Of a stretch of 64,000 bases of DNA, positions 39,507-48,372 are shown one piece after another. Position numbers and translations under genes: made by a program. The DNA comes from a virus (taxonomy: Duplodnaviria > Caudoviricetes). The stretch lies in IMG/VR virus record IMGVR_UViG_3300020161_000678, positions 1,232-65,231 of that record; one strand, 5' to 3'. Below the pieces are notes generated by a model. It worked only from the letters and a program-made list of their open reading frames with translations, was not told the DNA's origin and did no database searches. Position 1 is the stretch's first letter; each line of letters begins with the position of its first letter.

Positions 39507-41121
39507 AGAACGCTGATATTGCAGCAGGAGTGTTGCTGTCGAAACCGCAGAAGTCCATCATATTTACATCATCAGGATCAGCAATCGTGCAATCATTTAC
39601 TTCCATCGCAACAACAGCAAGCTTCGCATCAGGTTTGTTCATTTTCTTACGATACTCCTTAAGAACACTGACAACGTGTCTGCCCTGATTGACTTCGTTA
39701 TCAGTGTAGATCACGAAACAATCAACATCCAGCTTGTTCTTTAAAGCGTACTCAATGGCTGAGGCGATGTTAGTAGAACCCATTCTGGTTTTATCAATGG
39801 TAGCAATAACCTGCTCTAACGTATCATTCTTGCTGATGTTAAGCTCTGTCACTGAATCTGAGAAACCCATAATGTGGTAGTTTTCTTCAGACTTCATTGT
39901 AACCATTGCCATGACAGCAGATGCCGCTCTTGGTGTGAATCCTGCTAACCCGCCAATACAGTTCCAAGTCATTGAAGATGAAATGTCAAGACATAACAAA
40001 TACTTCTTACCTGTTGGCTCAACGTGTTTGAATGAATAGTAGAACGCTTCATGCAAAGCATCAACGATCTGTTTAACAGGCTGCCAAGTCAATGAGCCTT
40101 TGAATCCATGACCTGATTTATAAGTCAGATATGCAGTAAGTATCTGCATTGGATGGACTTTTGAATTAACTATGTTAAACACTCCACAAATCTGTTTAGC
40201 TATAAAGGCGGTCATGTCATCTAATGGTTTAATAGCTCCATTAGCAGTCATTACACCAAGGTTTCTAAGCATGGCAATGTAAGGCATGTTGTTAATAACA
40301 AGACCATGCCAAACTTCTGGATATGCAAGCCATTTAGTTGGGATCAACTCTCTGTTAGGAAAGTGATACTGCTCAATAAGATCAATAACATCACCAAGAT
40401 CGTCAGCCTGTTTCAACAGCTCAAACCCAATAATGTTGTCAAGATCTCTTTGAGTTTTCAACAACTCCATGTCAACCTGTTTCTTAACAGCCCAGCGCAA
40501 TGCAGTTGAGACCACGTTGGATGTAGGAACTGGTTTGCACAGTCTTAAAACATCTCTATGCGCCCATCCGTTTCTTTGCTGGTACTTAACCAGTTGGTAG
40601 GCAAGATCTCTTGGATCTTTTGAAAGATACCAGTCTTTTAACGCATTGTTGAACAACCGTCCTCGACCCCTGAAATACTTTGAGTATTCCATGAAAGCGA
40701 ACAAATGTGTTCCTATTCTACAGACTTCTTTCAGCTTAGACAACGCATACTTTCTGACATGCGTTTCTTCATTGGAAGCTGCATACGCTAACGCAAAGAT
40801 GCAAGTTTCGTTCTTTATACATCTGGCATTGACTGAGATGTCAACAATCAGATCAATAGCACCGTGATAATTGTCCTTCAGTGCTTGAGTAAGAGCTTTA
40901 ACATTGTCCTTAGTAAGTTTCTTTTCAGAAACATAGTAAGTGCCGCCTTCAGTACCCAACACCAAGAAACGTTCCAACTGTTTAAGAGTTGGTGTTGCAA
41001 ACACAAATCCACCTGTGTTGTTTTCTTTCATGTTCTTGCCTGGTATAGGCTTAGAGACTGGAGTATCTCCGGTGTCTCTTTTATGGTCAATATGATCTTG
41101 AAATTTAAAGGTCATGTTCAA
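39496..41121 (-). CDS. rsr: Ro60/Rsr TROVE-domain RNA-binding protein
   Basis: NNTGGFVF, LERFLVLGTEGGTYY, LVKYQQRNGWAHRDVLRL, MPYIAMLRNLG, vWA MIDAS LDISSSM, IYTDNE, ADPDD..M.DFCGFD. Confidence 0.95.
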   Translation of the reverse strand: MNMTFKFQDHIDHKRDTGDTPVSKPIPGKNMKENNTGGFVFATPTLKQLERFLVLGTEGGTYYVSEKKLTKDNVKALTQALKDNYHGAIDLIVDISVNARCIKNETCIFALAYAASNEETHVRKYALSKLKEVCRIGTHLFAFMEYSKYFRGRGRLFNNALKDWYLSKDPRDLAYQLVKYQQRNGWAHRDVLRLCKPVPTSNVVSTALRWAVKKQVDMELLKTQRDLDNIIGFELLKQADDLGDVIDLIEQYHFPNRELIPTKWLAYPEVWHGLVINNMPYIAMLRNLGVMTANGAIKPLDDMTAFIAKQICGVFNIVNSKVHPMQILTAYLTYKSGHGFKGSLTWQPVKQIVDALHEAFYYSFKHVEPTGKKYLLCLDISSSMTWNCIGGLAGFTPRAASAVMAMVTMKSEENYHIMGFSDSVTELNISKNDTLEQVIATIDKTRMGSTNIASAIEYALKNKLDVDCFVIYTDNEVNQGRHVVSVLKEYRKKMNKPDAKLAVVAMEVNDCTIADPDDVNMMDFCGFDSNTPAAISAFCGG

Positions 41122-41139
41122 TCCTCGTAGGATAAGTGG

Positions 41140-41397
41140 TTAATGTACTTCTTTTTTAGCTTCTTTACAAAATCCGAATAGAGTTACTTCTAGTTCAGCT
41201 TGTATTTTTTCAAGAAAGTCTACGCCTTCATCCTCACCAAGATCAGGCGCACACTCTGCCATAGCGAACATGATTGCAGCTCCGGCAAAGAACGTCATTC
41301 GCAGATCATTCTTTTGAATATCAGACATTGGTTTTGGAAAGACAGTTTCTAAGTATTCCTCAAATTCTGCCTGCACTGATTTAAAAACTTTTGGCAT
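41140..41397 (-). CDS. Hypothetical protein
   Basis: 85-aa ORF with a ...RMTFFAGA motif. Confidence 0.5.
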   Translation of the reverse strand: MPKVFKSVQAEFEEYLETVFPKPMSDIQKNDLRMTFFAGAAIMFAMAECAPDLGEDEGVDFLEKIQAELEVTLFGFCKEAKKEVH

Positions 41398-41748
41398 ATC
41401 AACTCCTATTATTAACTGTTGAGAGCAATGTTTGTGAGCATTCCACTCACAAGTCGGTTAGGGCATACAAAGCCAGCCAGGCTCTTTTAATGGGATTGAT
41501 TACCCAACCATTTCTGGATTGTTTTTCCACGAACTATCGCTGGTTAGGCATGACTAAGAGGATATAGCCTTCCAGCTCATTTCAGGCATTGCAAACCTAA
41601 AATATTTGGGATACTTGACATAGATATTATTTGACATTTAATCTACGCCTGCTTATTCCTCCGCATCCCCAAGAGTGTCACTAATAGTCCAGTCTGATCC
41701 CTACATGTAAGATCATGTCAAGTGCCAGACTAAAGTCAAGAATAGGGT

Positions 41749-41876
41749 TCTCTGCTGGTGGGAATCGAACCCACGACCAACTGCATGGTGGTAACCTTAT
41801 CCATTCAGTCACAAGTGACAAGATGTCTGAATAAGACTTTTGGGCGGTGGCTCTACCAACTGAGCTACAGCAGAGA
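41749..41876 (-). ncRNA. tRNA-like RNA with a Y-RNA-type bulged helix in place of the anticodon arm (element A)
   Basis: Acceptor UCUCUGCUG/CAGCAGAGA, D arm UAGCUCAGUUGGUAGAGC, T arm GUGGGUUCGAUUCCCAC; insert carries GAC[U]GA/UUGUC. Confidence 0.75.
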
Positions 41877-41881
41877 AAAAC

Positions 41882-41939
41882 GGGACAAGTGTTAGCAATG
41901 GAGGTTATTTTAGGCAGATAATCCATAGCGATCAGTCCC
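41882..41939 (-). ncRNA. Compact Y-RNA-like RNA (element F)
   Basis: Terminal stem GGGAC[U]GA/UUGUCCC plus second stem GCUAUGGA/UCCAUUGC. Confidence 0.6.
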
Positions 41940-42060
41940 AAAGAGCTGAGGGTTCTTTAAACTCTTCCCACAAAGACATTTAAAGTTTAAAGTCATTTTT
42001 CTGGACTATTTTTATTGAACAGCGGAGTTGCCATACAGCAGCCTACCGTTCTCAAAATTC

Positions 42061-42166
42061 TGGCTCTCAGGGATGGAGTCGAACCATCAGTCACCTGGCA
42101 AGTCCGGAGATGAAGTCGGACTTGTTGCTTAACTCCGATAATGCGCGTTACCGGAGTGACCTGAGA
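42061..42166 (-). ncRNA. tRNA-like RNA with CCA end and two long hairpins (element B)
   Basis: Acceptor UCUCAGG/CCUGAGA-G-CCA, T arm GAUGGUUCGACUCCAUC, hairpins ACUCCGGUAA/UUAUCGGAGU and CAAGUCCG/CGGACUUG. Confidence 0.6.
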
Positions 42167-42175
42167 ATAACTAAG

Positions 42176-42300
42176 TGTTGTAGGCTGGATTCGAACCAAC
42201 GTTACCCGCTCCAAATGCGATAATCATATCTATTCAGTTCAATAGAACAAGTGAGAAGACATGAACTTTTAGGCGTCCTAACCACTAGACGACTACAACA
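42176..42300 (-). ncRNA. tRNA-like RNA with Y-type insert (element C)
   Basis: Acceptor UGUUGUAG/CUACAACA, D arm UCGUCUAGUGGUUAGGACG, T arm GUUGGUUCGAAUCCAGC; insert GAAC[U]GA/UUGUUC. Confidence 0.75.
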
Positions 42301-42304
42301 AAAC

Positions 42305-42429
42305 TGGCGTTGTGGGCTGGATTCGAACCAGCGACCTTCCCCTTAGCATGGATAATCTTATTCAATCAGCTCTAAGAGCGAGAGGTTGAGTAAGAGTTTT
42401 TGGCTGCTCTACCACTGAGCTACCACAAC
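42305..42429 (-). ncRNA. tRNA-like RNA with Y-type insert and encoded CCA (element D)
   Basis: Acceptor GUUGUGG/CCACAAC-G-CCA, D arm UAGCUCAGUGGUAGAGC, T arm GCUGGUUCGAAUCCAGC; insert GAGC[U]GA/UCGCUC. Confidence 0.75.
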
Positions 42430-42440
42430 ATAATTTAATA

Positions 42441-42507
42441 GAGCAAGTTCCTTGTTTTGGTGTTAAATACAGATTCAAAGTCAGTGATAACCAAAACAAT
42501 TCAGCTC
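42441..42507 (-). ncRNA. Compact Y-RNA-like RNA (element E)
   Basis: Terminal stem GAGC[U]GA/UUGCUC plus stem UUGUUUUGG/CCAAAACAA. Confidence 0.6.
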
Positions 42508-42635
42508 TAAACATAATACTCTCATGAAGCTAATCTTCTATACGCATCAATTGTGACTTTTCTACATACTAGAAAACTTACAAGAGTATTATGTTTAAAA
42601 CTGGTGACACCGTTTCCAGTGTCACCAACTATACC

Positions 42636-43280
42636 TTACTTTTTACTGTTACCAGGATTACTATCGTCAACTTTTCCTGGATCGTTGCCGTGTCCGTTAT
42701 TTCCGTCATCAGTAGAACATGACGGTACAACTACTGGAACTGGTGGTGCTACCAAAGTATACCTTCCGCTTTCTGCTGGTAGACTCCAAGTCACTTTACT
42801 AACATAACTGGATATCTCGCTAACACTTCTAAACTTAGTGCTTGCGTTTGTAGCAGTTCTGTATTTAGCACCGACCTTCAACAGCACTTCTTTTTCCGTG
42901 TGCTGGACACCGCAAGTTAATAATACCTGAACCCCAACATCAGTAAAAATGGACGTACAGCCATTATTATCTGCGTTGTTGCTAACGTGGTCTATTACCA
43001 ACTTAACTGGAATGATTTCACCCTGAGCTGTTCCAACATCAGGAATAATCATCCAAGTATTAGCCTTGGCATAGCTTACAGAGTTAATGTTCACAACAGG
43101 TTGTTTCTGCATGTGAGACTCTGCTTTCATTGCGAACTCTGTGACATTTGTAATGTTCACAGTGGTTCCCGGATCAGCCGTACTAAAACTATTATCAGTA
43201 GTATATACCTTGTAAGCAAAGGCTTGGCTACTGCTTAATAGAACAATTACTGCCGACAACATCTTAACATTTGTTCTCAT
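42636..43280 (-). CDS. Secreted protein with Pro/Val linker and DDGNNGHGND tail
   Basis: Signal peptide ending SQAFA; low-complexity C-terminus. Confidence 0.65.
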   Translation of the reverse strand: MRTNVKMLSAVIVLLSSSQAFAYKVYTTDNSFSTADPGTTVNITNVTEFAMKAESHMQKQPVVNINSVSYAKANTWMIIPDVGTAQGEIIPVKLVIDHVSNNADNNGCTSIFTDVGVQVLLTCGVQHTEKEVLLKVGAKYRTATNASTKFRSVSEISSYVSKVTWSLPAESGRYTLVAPPVPVVVPSCSTDDGNNGHGNDPGKVDDSNPGNSKK

Positions 43281-43377
43281 GACACAACTCCTAGTTGAAC
43301 TATGTTCAACGCCTTAGATAAATGACGTACCTCTTACCTGAGAACTGGCATTTGCAAGATACGTTTCCCGTAAAACC

Positions 43378-43779
43378 CTAACAGCGTTTCCAACTCCACT
43401 CGCTGCCATTCCAAAAATAAACCCATTCAGCACCCATAATGTCGGTTGGATATTTTGTTTTACCCAACTTCGTTGCGTACTCGGTAGGTTTAACACCGTC
43501 GAATTCTTCACCTTTGTCACGATGGTATGCCTCAGTGAACTGGCTATACTTCACATTTTCACCTGACTCTACATCAACAAACTCATGCGGAATAGTTCCG
43601 TCTTTTGTAACATTAACACCAAGCACAGATAAGTCACCGAGATTAATCAGTTCGTCAACCTTTTCTTGACTGTTATAAAAATGGTTTAAGACATAGCCGT
43701 TATGTTCAGGATAACCGTCCCAATGACAGTAAATTCCGCGATCACTAACGCTATCTACGATAAAACTTCTTGTAGCCAT
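43378..43779 (-). CDS. Conserved hypothetical phage protein
   Basis: MATRS...IYCHWDGYPEHNG..L...Y motif; GAGG RBS. Confidence 0.65.
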   Translation of the reverse strand: MATRSFIVDSVSDRGIYCHWDGYPEHNGYVLNHFYNSQEKVDELINLGDLSVLGVNVTKDGTIPHEFVDVESGENVKYSQFTEAYHRDKGEEFDGVKPTEYATKLGKTKYPTDIMGAEWVYFWNGSEWSWKRC

Positions 43780-44070
43780 ATCAACTTCCTCATCAACAAT
43801 TAAAAGGAACAGAACATAAAGTTTGCGGTACTCATGTTCTGCTACACTGGTCATATCGAAGTCTGACCAGACTGGTGCAATTTACTCGCCCTAGTATTCA
43901 GCACCGCATCTGGCTGAATACATCACACCTCTTACAAGGCAAAGGTTTTTTATGAAACGATTCCCATTAAATGAGATTCATTACAATAAAACAACTAACG
44001 ATGTTTTATTGGATTGAACCCAATAAAAGTGAGTACCTGATCGAGTCAGGTACTCATGAAGAAGTTTACA

Positions 44071-44148
44071 TTAAGTGGCGTTGGAATCGAACCAACATTC
44101 GGGGGTTATGAGCCCGTCAAAGTTACCAAATCTTACCAAAAATGCCCG
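44071..44148 (-). pseudogene. Degenerate tRNA-fMet(CAU)-like element
   Basis: Anticodon arm CGGG-CUCAUAA-CCCC and T arm GUUGGUUCGAUUCCAAC are present, but the acceptor and D stems pair poorly and there is no CCA. Confidence 0.45.
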
Positions 44149-44720
44149 TAATTTATCACCTTTACGGTCAGTGCCAAAATATAGAGAAATTAAGTCGAAA
44201 GATTGAACCACAATGAGAAGATGCCATTGTCTGTGATTGGATGGCAGGTCGCAAACCCTGCAAATCAGTTCTAAGACTTGTTTTTCGATTCTGACTTTCA
44301 ACGCTTCTCGCGATACCATTAGTTATAGCTAACATATCAATCCACTCCAGTCAAAGTTTCGTACAGCCATCTCGTCGGCTGACCCAAGTTGTGCTTCTAG
44401 CTTCCAGCACCGCATCCAAAATTCGTTTGTTAAGCAATTTATCTGCAATTGCTTAACCATTGAACATATTATATATAAAACCGCTAACACGTTCAAGATC
44501 ATAAAAAACTTTTTTAACTTTGCAAACTCTTTGTTTGCTTGTTCAGTGTGATAATTATATATAATTAGCAACACCAGTTCAAGGTCATTTTCAAAACTAT
44601 TCTTAGCTTTAAAAATGACCCTGAGCCCTTATACCTAAGTAACTCAGGATCATCAGCGGTTAGATTTCAATTTCTATGGCACTACTAATGCCTATCCACT
44701 ATAAAGTTTATTCAAGAAAC

Positions 44721-44877
44721 CAAGGTCGTTACTATAACGATGATTTAAGTTCTGGACGCTCTACCACTGAGCTACCCCGCTCCAAATAATACTCTGTGAA
44801 TACTATTTGGAAGCGGGAGCAGGATTTGAACCTACGACTTTCCAGGCATATATTTTATGAGAATATATTTGACCTTG
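44721..44877 (-). ncRNA. YrlA-type circularly permuted tRNA-like RNA (element G)
   Basis: Order 5'-3': T arm GUAGGUUCAAAUCCUGC, acceptor-like hairpin UCCCGCU...AGCGGGG, D arm UAGCUCAGUGGUAGAGC; closed by CUGGA/UCCAG and CAAGGUC/GACCUUG. Confidence 0.72.
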
Positions 44878-44949
44878 AACTATTCTAAACTTTACTCTTA
44901 TTATAACGATGTTGAGACAATACGATCCGCCTACATGTCACAGTGAACA

Positions 44950-45056
44950 GAGCGAACTCTGCGCGTCTACCATTCCGCCAACCCCTCACAAACAACACCT
45001 TAATACTGTTTGTGAGGGGTAATGGATTCGAACCATTAATTTCCAGTAACCTCAGC
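44950..45056 (-). ncRNA. Second circularly permuted tRNA-like RNA (element H)
   Basis: T arm AAUGGUUCGAAUCCAUU, hairpin ACCCCUCACAAAC/GUUUGUGAGGGGU, then Leu-type D arm UGGCGGAAUGGUAGACGC. Confidence 0.68.
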
Positions 45057-45099
45057 AATAACTATAACGATAAAGAAAACACTAACGATGTCTCAAAAT

Positions 45100-45867
45100 T
45101 TATTCTTTAAAAGCCTTTAGGATTATACCTGTGATAACATCACCAATCCTGTCATTGACCGCATCCACCGCATTGGCTCTCATTCTAGCCTGCTTGGTAG
45201 AAACAATCAGTTCATCTAATACTGCAATCACGTTAGCCTTTTGCTTGCTAGTGGCTGCACCGGAGTACAACTGTCTGGTAAATGTACCCACAGTTTCGTC
45301 CTTGTTAACCTTTTCAATTTGAGCTGGATGTTTATCCGTTGCTGGATATAATACAATCGCTGTCATTGTTTTTTCTGTCTTGTTAGTAACTTCTGGTACA
45401 GTAGCCTGATACATACCTTTGCGGCCTGTGTCGAGTCTGCGCCATTCTTTTGAAGCATCTAACGTAGGAATCTTATCAACCAGCTTACGCAAGTTTTCTA
45501 ACCGTACCTCAAGCCCCATCAACTCATCGACTGGGACATTTTTAGCAATCACAGAACCGAAAAAGATAATGTCGGAGTTTGCTTTCTGATTAGTAACGTT
45601 CTTCGCATAAGTAACATCTTCTGCTTCTGCCCAGAAACCTAAAAAGTATTCTAGCGTTTCTTCTACAGTGGTAGGAAGCTCACGAACTTCTTTACTGGCA
45701 GATTCTATTGCTTTGTTCTCAGGCGAATCTTTCAGCATTGACAGTGACTTATTGTACCCGGTAAAAAAATGATCCTTACCAAACTTCGATGCAGATTCCT
45801 CTGCTAATTTGTTGGCAGCAGAGTTTTTTGTTTTCTCTACAGCCAAGATTTCAAAAAGTTTAGCCAT
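45100..45867 (-). CDS. Conserved protein of unknown function
   Basis: LFEILAVEK, IPTLD...W, PATDKHPAQ, YSGA..KQARMRAN pattern; directly upstream of elements H and G. Confidence 0.65.
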   Translation of the reverse strand: MAKLFEILAVEKTKNSAANKLAEESASKFGKDHFFTGYNKSLSMLKDSPENKAIESASKEVRELPTTVEETLEYFLGFWAEAEDVTYAKNVTNQKANSDIIFFGSVIAKNVPVDELMGLEVRLENLRKLVDKIPTLDASKEWRRLDTGRKGMYQATVPEVTNKTEKTMTAIVLYPATDKHPAQIEKVNKDETVGTFTRQLYSGAATSKQKANVIAVLDELIVSTKQARMRANAVDAVNDRIGDVITGIILKAFKE

Positions 45868-47460
45868 TGCTAATCTCCCAATTTAATGTCTCGTATATTA
45901 GTTTCTGAAACTCAGATACTAAGTTGTTAGCCGCTACTTCCAAACTTTTTGAAAAGTTGCGCTCGGGACGGCTATACCCGCGTTTACGTTCGTAATTCAG
46001 ACCAGCTATAAAAACGTTTCCATTGTCAAGATAACGTGCTTCAAACCGAATATATTTACCTGGCATCACAAATTCTCTGTTGCCTTTAGTATAAACAGTC
46101 CATCCCTGTTTGATCTTACTTACTTTAAAATCCGCGATATTGAATACAATGTATTCCATCAATCACCTCTTCTGGATCAACTAATTGTTCTGCAGTAACC
46201 TGACGTTTTAAGCCAGGAAGGCTGTTCAGATACTCTTCTTCATTTATCAGAAATCCATCTAAATCTTTTTGTGATTCAAATGATCTGATATACTCATCAA
46301 CCTTTGTAAAACCACATCCTTGTTGAGTAACCTTTATTAAGCACTTCATTGTCTTTCCTTAAAATGGTGCCCCGTCATGGACTTGAACCACGATAAGCAG
46401 ATTATGAGTCTGCCGTACTAACCTTTGTACGAACGGGGCTATTTCCAAGGTCGTCGTGACCACCATTCTGCAATGGCGAACATGACACTAATTCTTTTCT
46501 GTCCAACTATCAAAAACTCGCCTTGTTGCTTCCATAGCTCAAGTCTTGAGCAGTATCCAACAAGCACTTCTAGTTCATCTGAAGCCTCATTCAATAGTTG
46601 TTTAAGATAAACAACATCAGTTGATTCCTCAGAGTGTCTTATCTTGTTAACAAGATCAAGAATTGAGCTATATCTTTCCATTTATTTTCCTTGCCACCAA
46701 GCTTTCGCTATTTCTTCAGCAACTTGCTTGACTATACCTTGGGGTACTTGCGTATATACTTCATTTATTCTGATATACGCTTTAATTTGTCTCAGCAAGT
46801 AATTCCTGAAATTAGGGTAGCTTTGACAATTCTCGAAGAACTTGTAAAGTTCTTTATCAGAGTTAAGCACAGCATCAACTCTGCATGACAGTGCTTCTTT
46901 CATGTTAGCGTTATCAGATTCTATTGACATTTTCTTGATCCACATTAACAGCATAAATGTTTTCTTTACACAACAGAGCCGCTGCTTCTTTGCAGCACTT
47001 CATTGTGACCGTTGATTCCGTTTCTGAAACTATTTCCCAATCACTTCCACAATGCTTTTCGATCTTGCCATAAGCTTCCTTGCTTTTGTAGATCAGCAAA
47101 GTAACTCTGTCTGGTGAAATATGGTTCTTTTCACCACACCAAGGACAAAACCATTCTTTCTTTTCTTCAATCGGTGCATCACCAATACTCCACCATTTTT
47201 CACAGTGGTCACATTGGAAATGTATCAACTTCTCAAGTGAGGTCAACATATACTTTTGCTCCATTTTCATTAAAGTAATGGTCTACTTCATGAGTCTTGC
47301 ACCACTGTTCTGCATACGGTTTTAAACCGCTGCTGTATCTTTCAGTGCTTGCTACAGGACTCAACCTAGTTTCTCCGAATTTGATAGGAGCAAATAGTTT
47401 GTAGATTGCGAACCCTTGTTGATTAACTCCGGTCATTCTAATTTGAACTACTGTACTCAT
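45860..47460 (-). other. Six short hypothetical proteins flanking a tRNA
   Basis: ORF track; 46914-47270 has CDHC/CPWC Zn-ribbon motifs. Confidence 0.5.
46365..46439 (-). tRNA. tRNA with CAU anticodon (Ile2- or Met-type)
   Basis: Full cloverleaf GCCCCGU/ACGGGGC-A-CCA, anticodon arm GCAGA-CUCAUAA-UCUGC, T arm CGUGGUUCAAGUCCAUG. Confidence 0.88.
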
Positions 47461-47496
47461 AAACTTTTTCTCATCAACGTCAAAACATACGTTATT

Positions 47497-48216
47497 TTAT
47501 ATAAAATCGACACAAGCATCAAGATCATAATTGTTTATTATTGTTGCTTCAAAGGCACTAAATAATGCAGGATCAAACTTAATACCTACTTCTGACCTTA
47601 TCAACTCTAAAGCATCTCCAGCGATCATGCACTCCTTGTATGATCTTCTGGACACTAGAGCATCGAAGACGTCTGCATACGCAATAATCCTTGCCAGTTC
47701 GTCTATATCATCACCTTCTTTACCTAGGGGATATCCAGAACCATTCCAGTTCTCATGATGAGAAAGAGCAATAACACTGACTGTTTCTGAATCCTTCATT
47801 GGAAATGCTTGAAGTATTCTGTAGCCCATTGTTGTGTGAGTCTTTATCTCCTCATACTCCTTGTCAGTCAATTTACCTTCCTTGCAAATTATTTCAGCAG
47901 ATATAGCTAACTTTCCAATATCGTGGAACTTGGCACACGTTGTTAAGACTGCAAGCTCTCCGTTAACAATGCCTAGTTCATTTGCAAACAGTCTTGTTAC
48001 TGAGGCTACGCCTTTGAGATGTTTCTTGGTTATTTCGTCAGCCCTCTTCATAGCTGCAAAAACTAACTCTAGTTCATTAATATCAAGTTTCATAATAACA
48101 CCATCATCAAACTCCACTGTTATTGTCAATTTGCCGCAATTTGAGCGAGATATTTGTATGCTCATGGTAATACACCGATCAAGTTTTTTACCTTCAATTA
48201 TACCGCATTTAACCAC
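47497..48216 (-). CDS. Stand-alone HD-GYP phosphodiesterase-like protein (start uncertain)
   Basis: AKFHDIGK, IKTHTTMG, HHENWNGSGYPLG, ARIIAYADVFDAL..RRSYK. Confidence 0.9.
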   Translation of the reverse strand: MVKCGIIEGKKLDRCITMSIQISRSNCGKLTITVEFDDGVIMKLDINELELVFAAMKRADEITKKHLKGVASVTRLFANELGIVNGELAVLTTCAKFHDIGKLAISAEIICKEGKLTDKEYEEIKTHTTMGYRILQAFPMKDSETVSVIALSHHENWNGSGYPLGKEGDDIDELARIIAYADVFDALVSRRSYKECMIAGDALELIRSEVGIKFDPALFSAFEATIINNYDLDACVDFI

Positions 48217-48372
48217 ATAGTATCCAAGGTAAAGTTGACATGATATTAAATCTGTGATGTTATTGGCATATTATCAACAAATTTTGGAGGTTAGAACAAA
48301 AAGATTATAAGTAAGATGGCTTTGTATATAAGATGCGAAGTCCTTGTTTTTCAACACTATGGAGAATATACG

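Noticed and set aside
41410-41745. tmRNA or RNase P RNA
   Set aside because: GGGGATG and GAGGAA fragments are present, but there is no tmRNA T-arm/CCA end and no RNase P GAGGAAAGUCC signature.
42061-42166. tRNA-Sec
   Set aside because: Despite G-CCA and a UCA in a loop, it lacks a 7-nt anticodon loop, the Sec D arm and a long variable arm.
41749-42429. Intron-containing tRNAs (elements A, C, D)
   Set aside because: The inserts (about 65-75 nt) are too short for group I introns, no bulge-helix-bulge is seen, and removing them does not restore a paired anticodon stem.
281-47758. Most short plus-strand ORFs overlapping minus-strand genes
   Set aside because: Antisense shadows of well-supported genes, without RBS or motifs.
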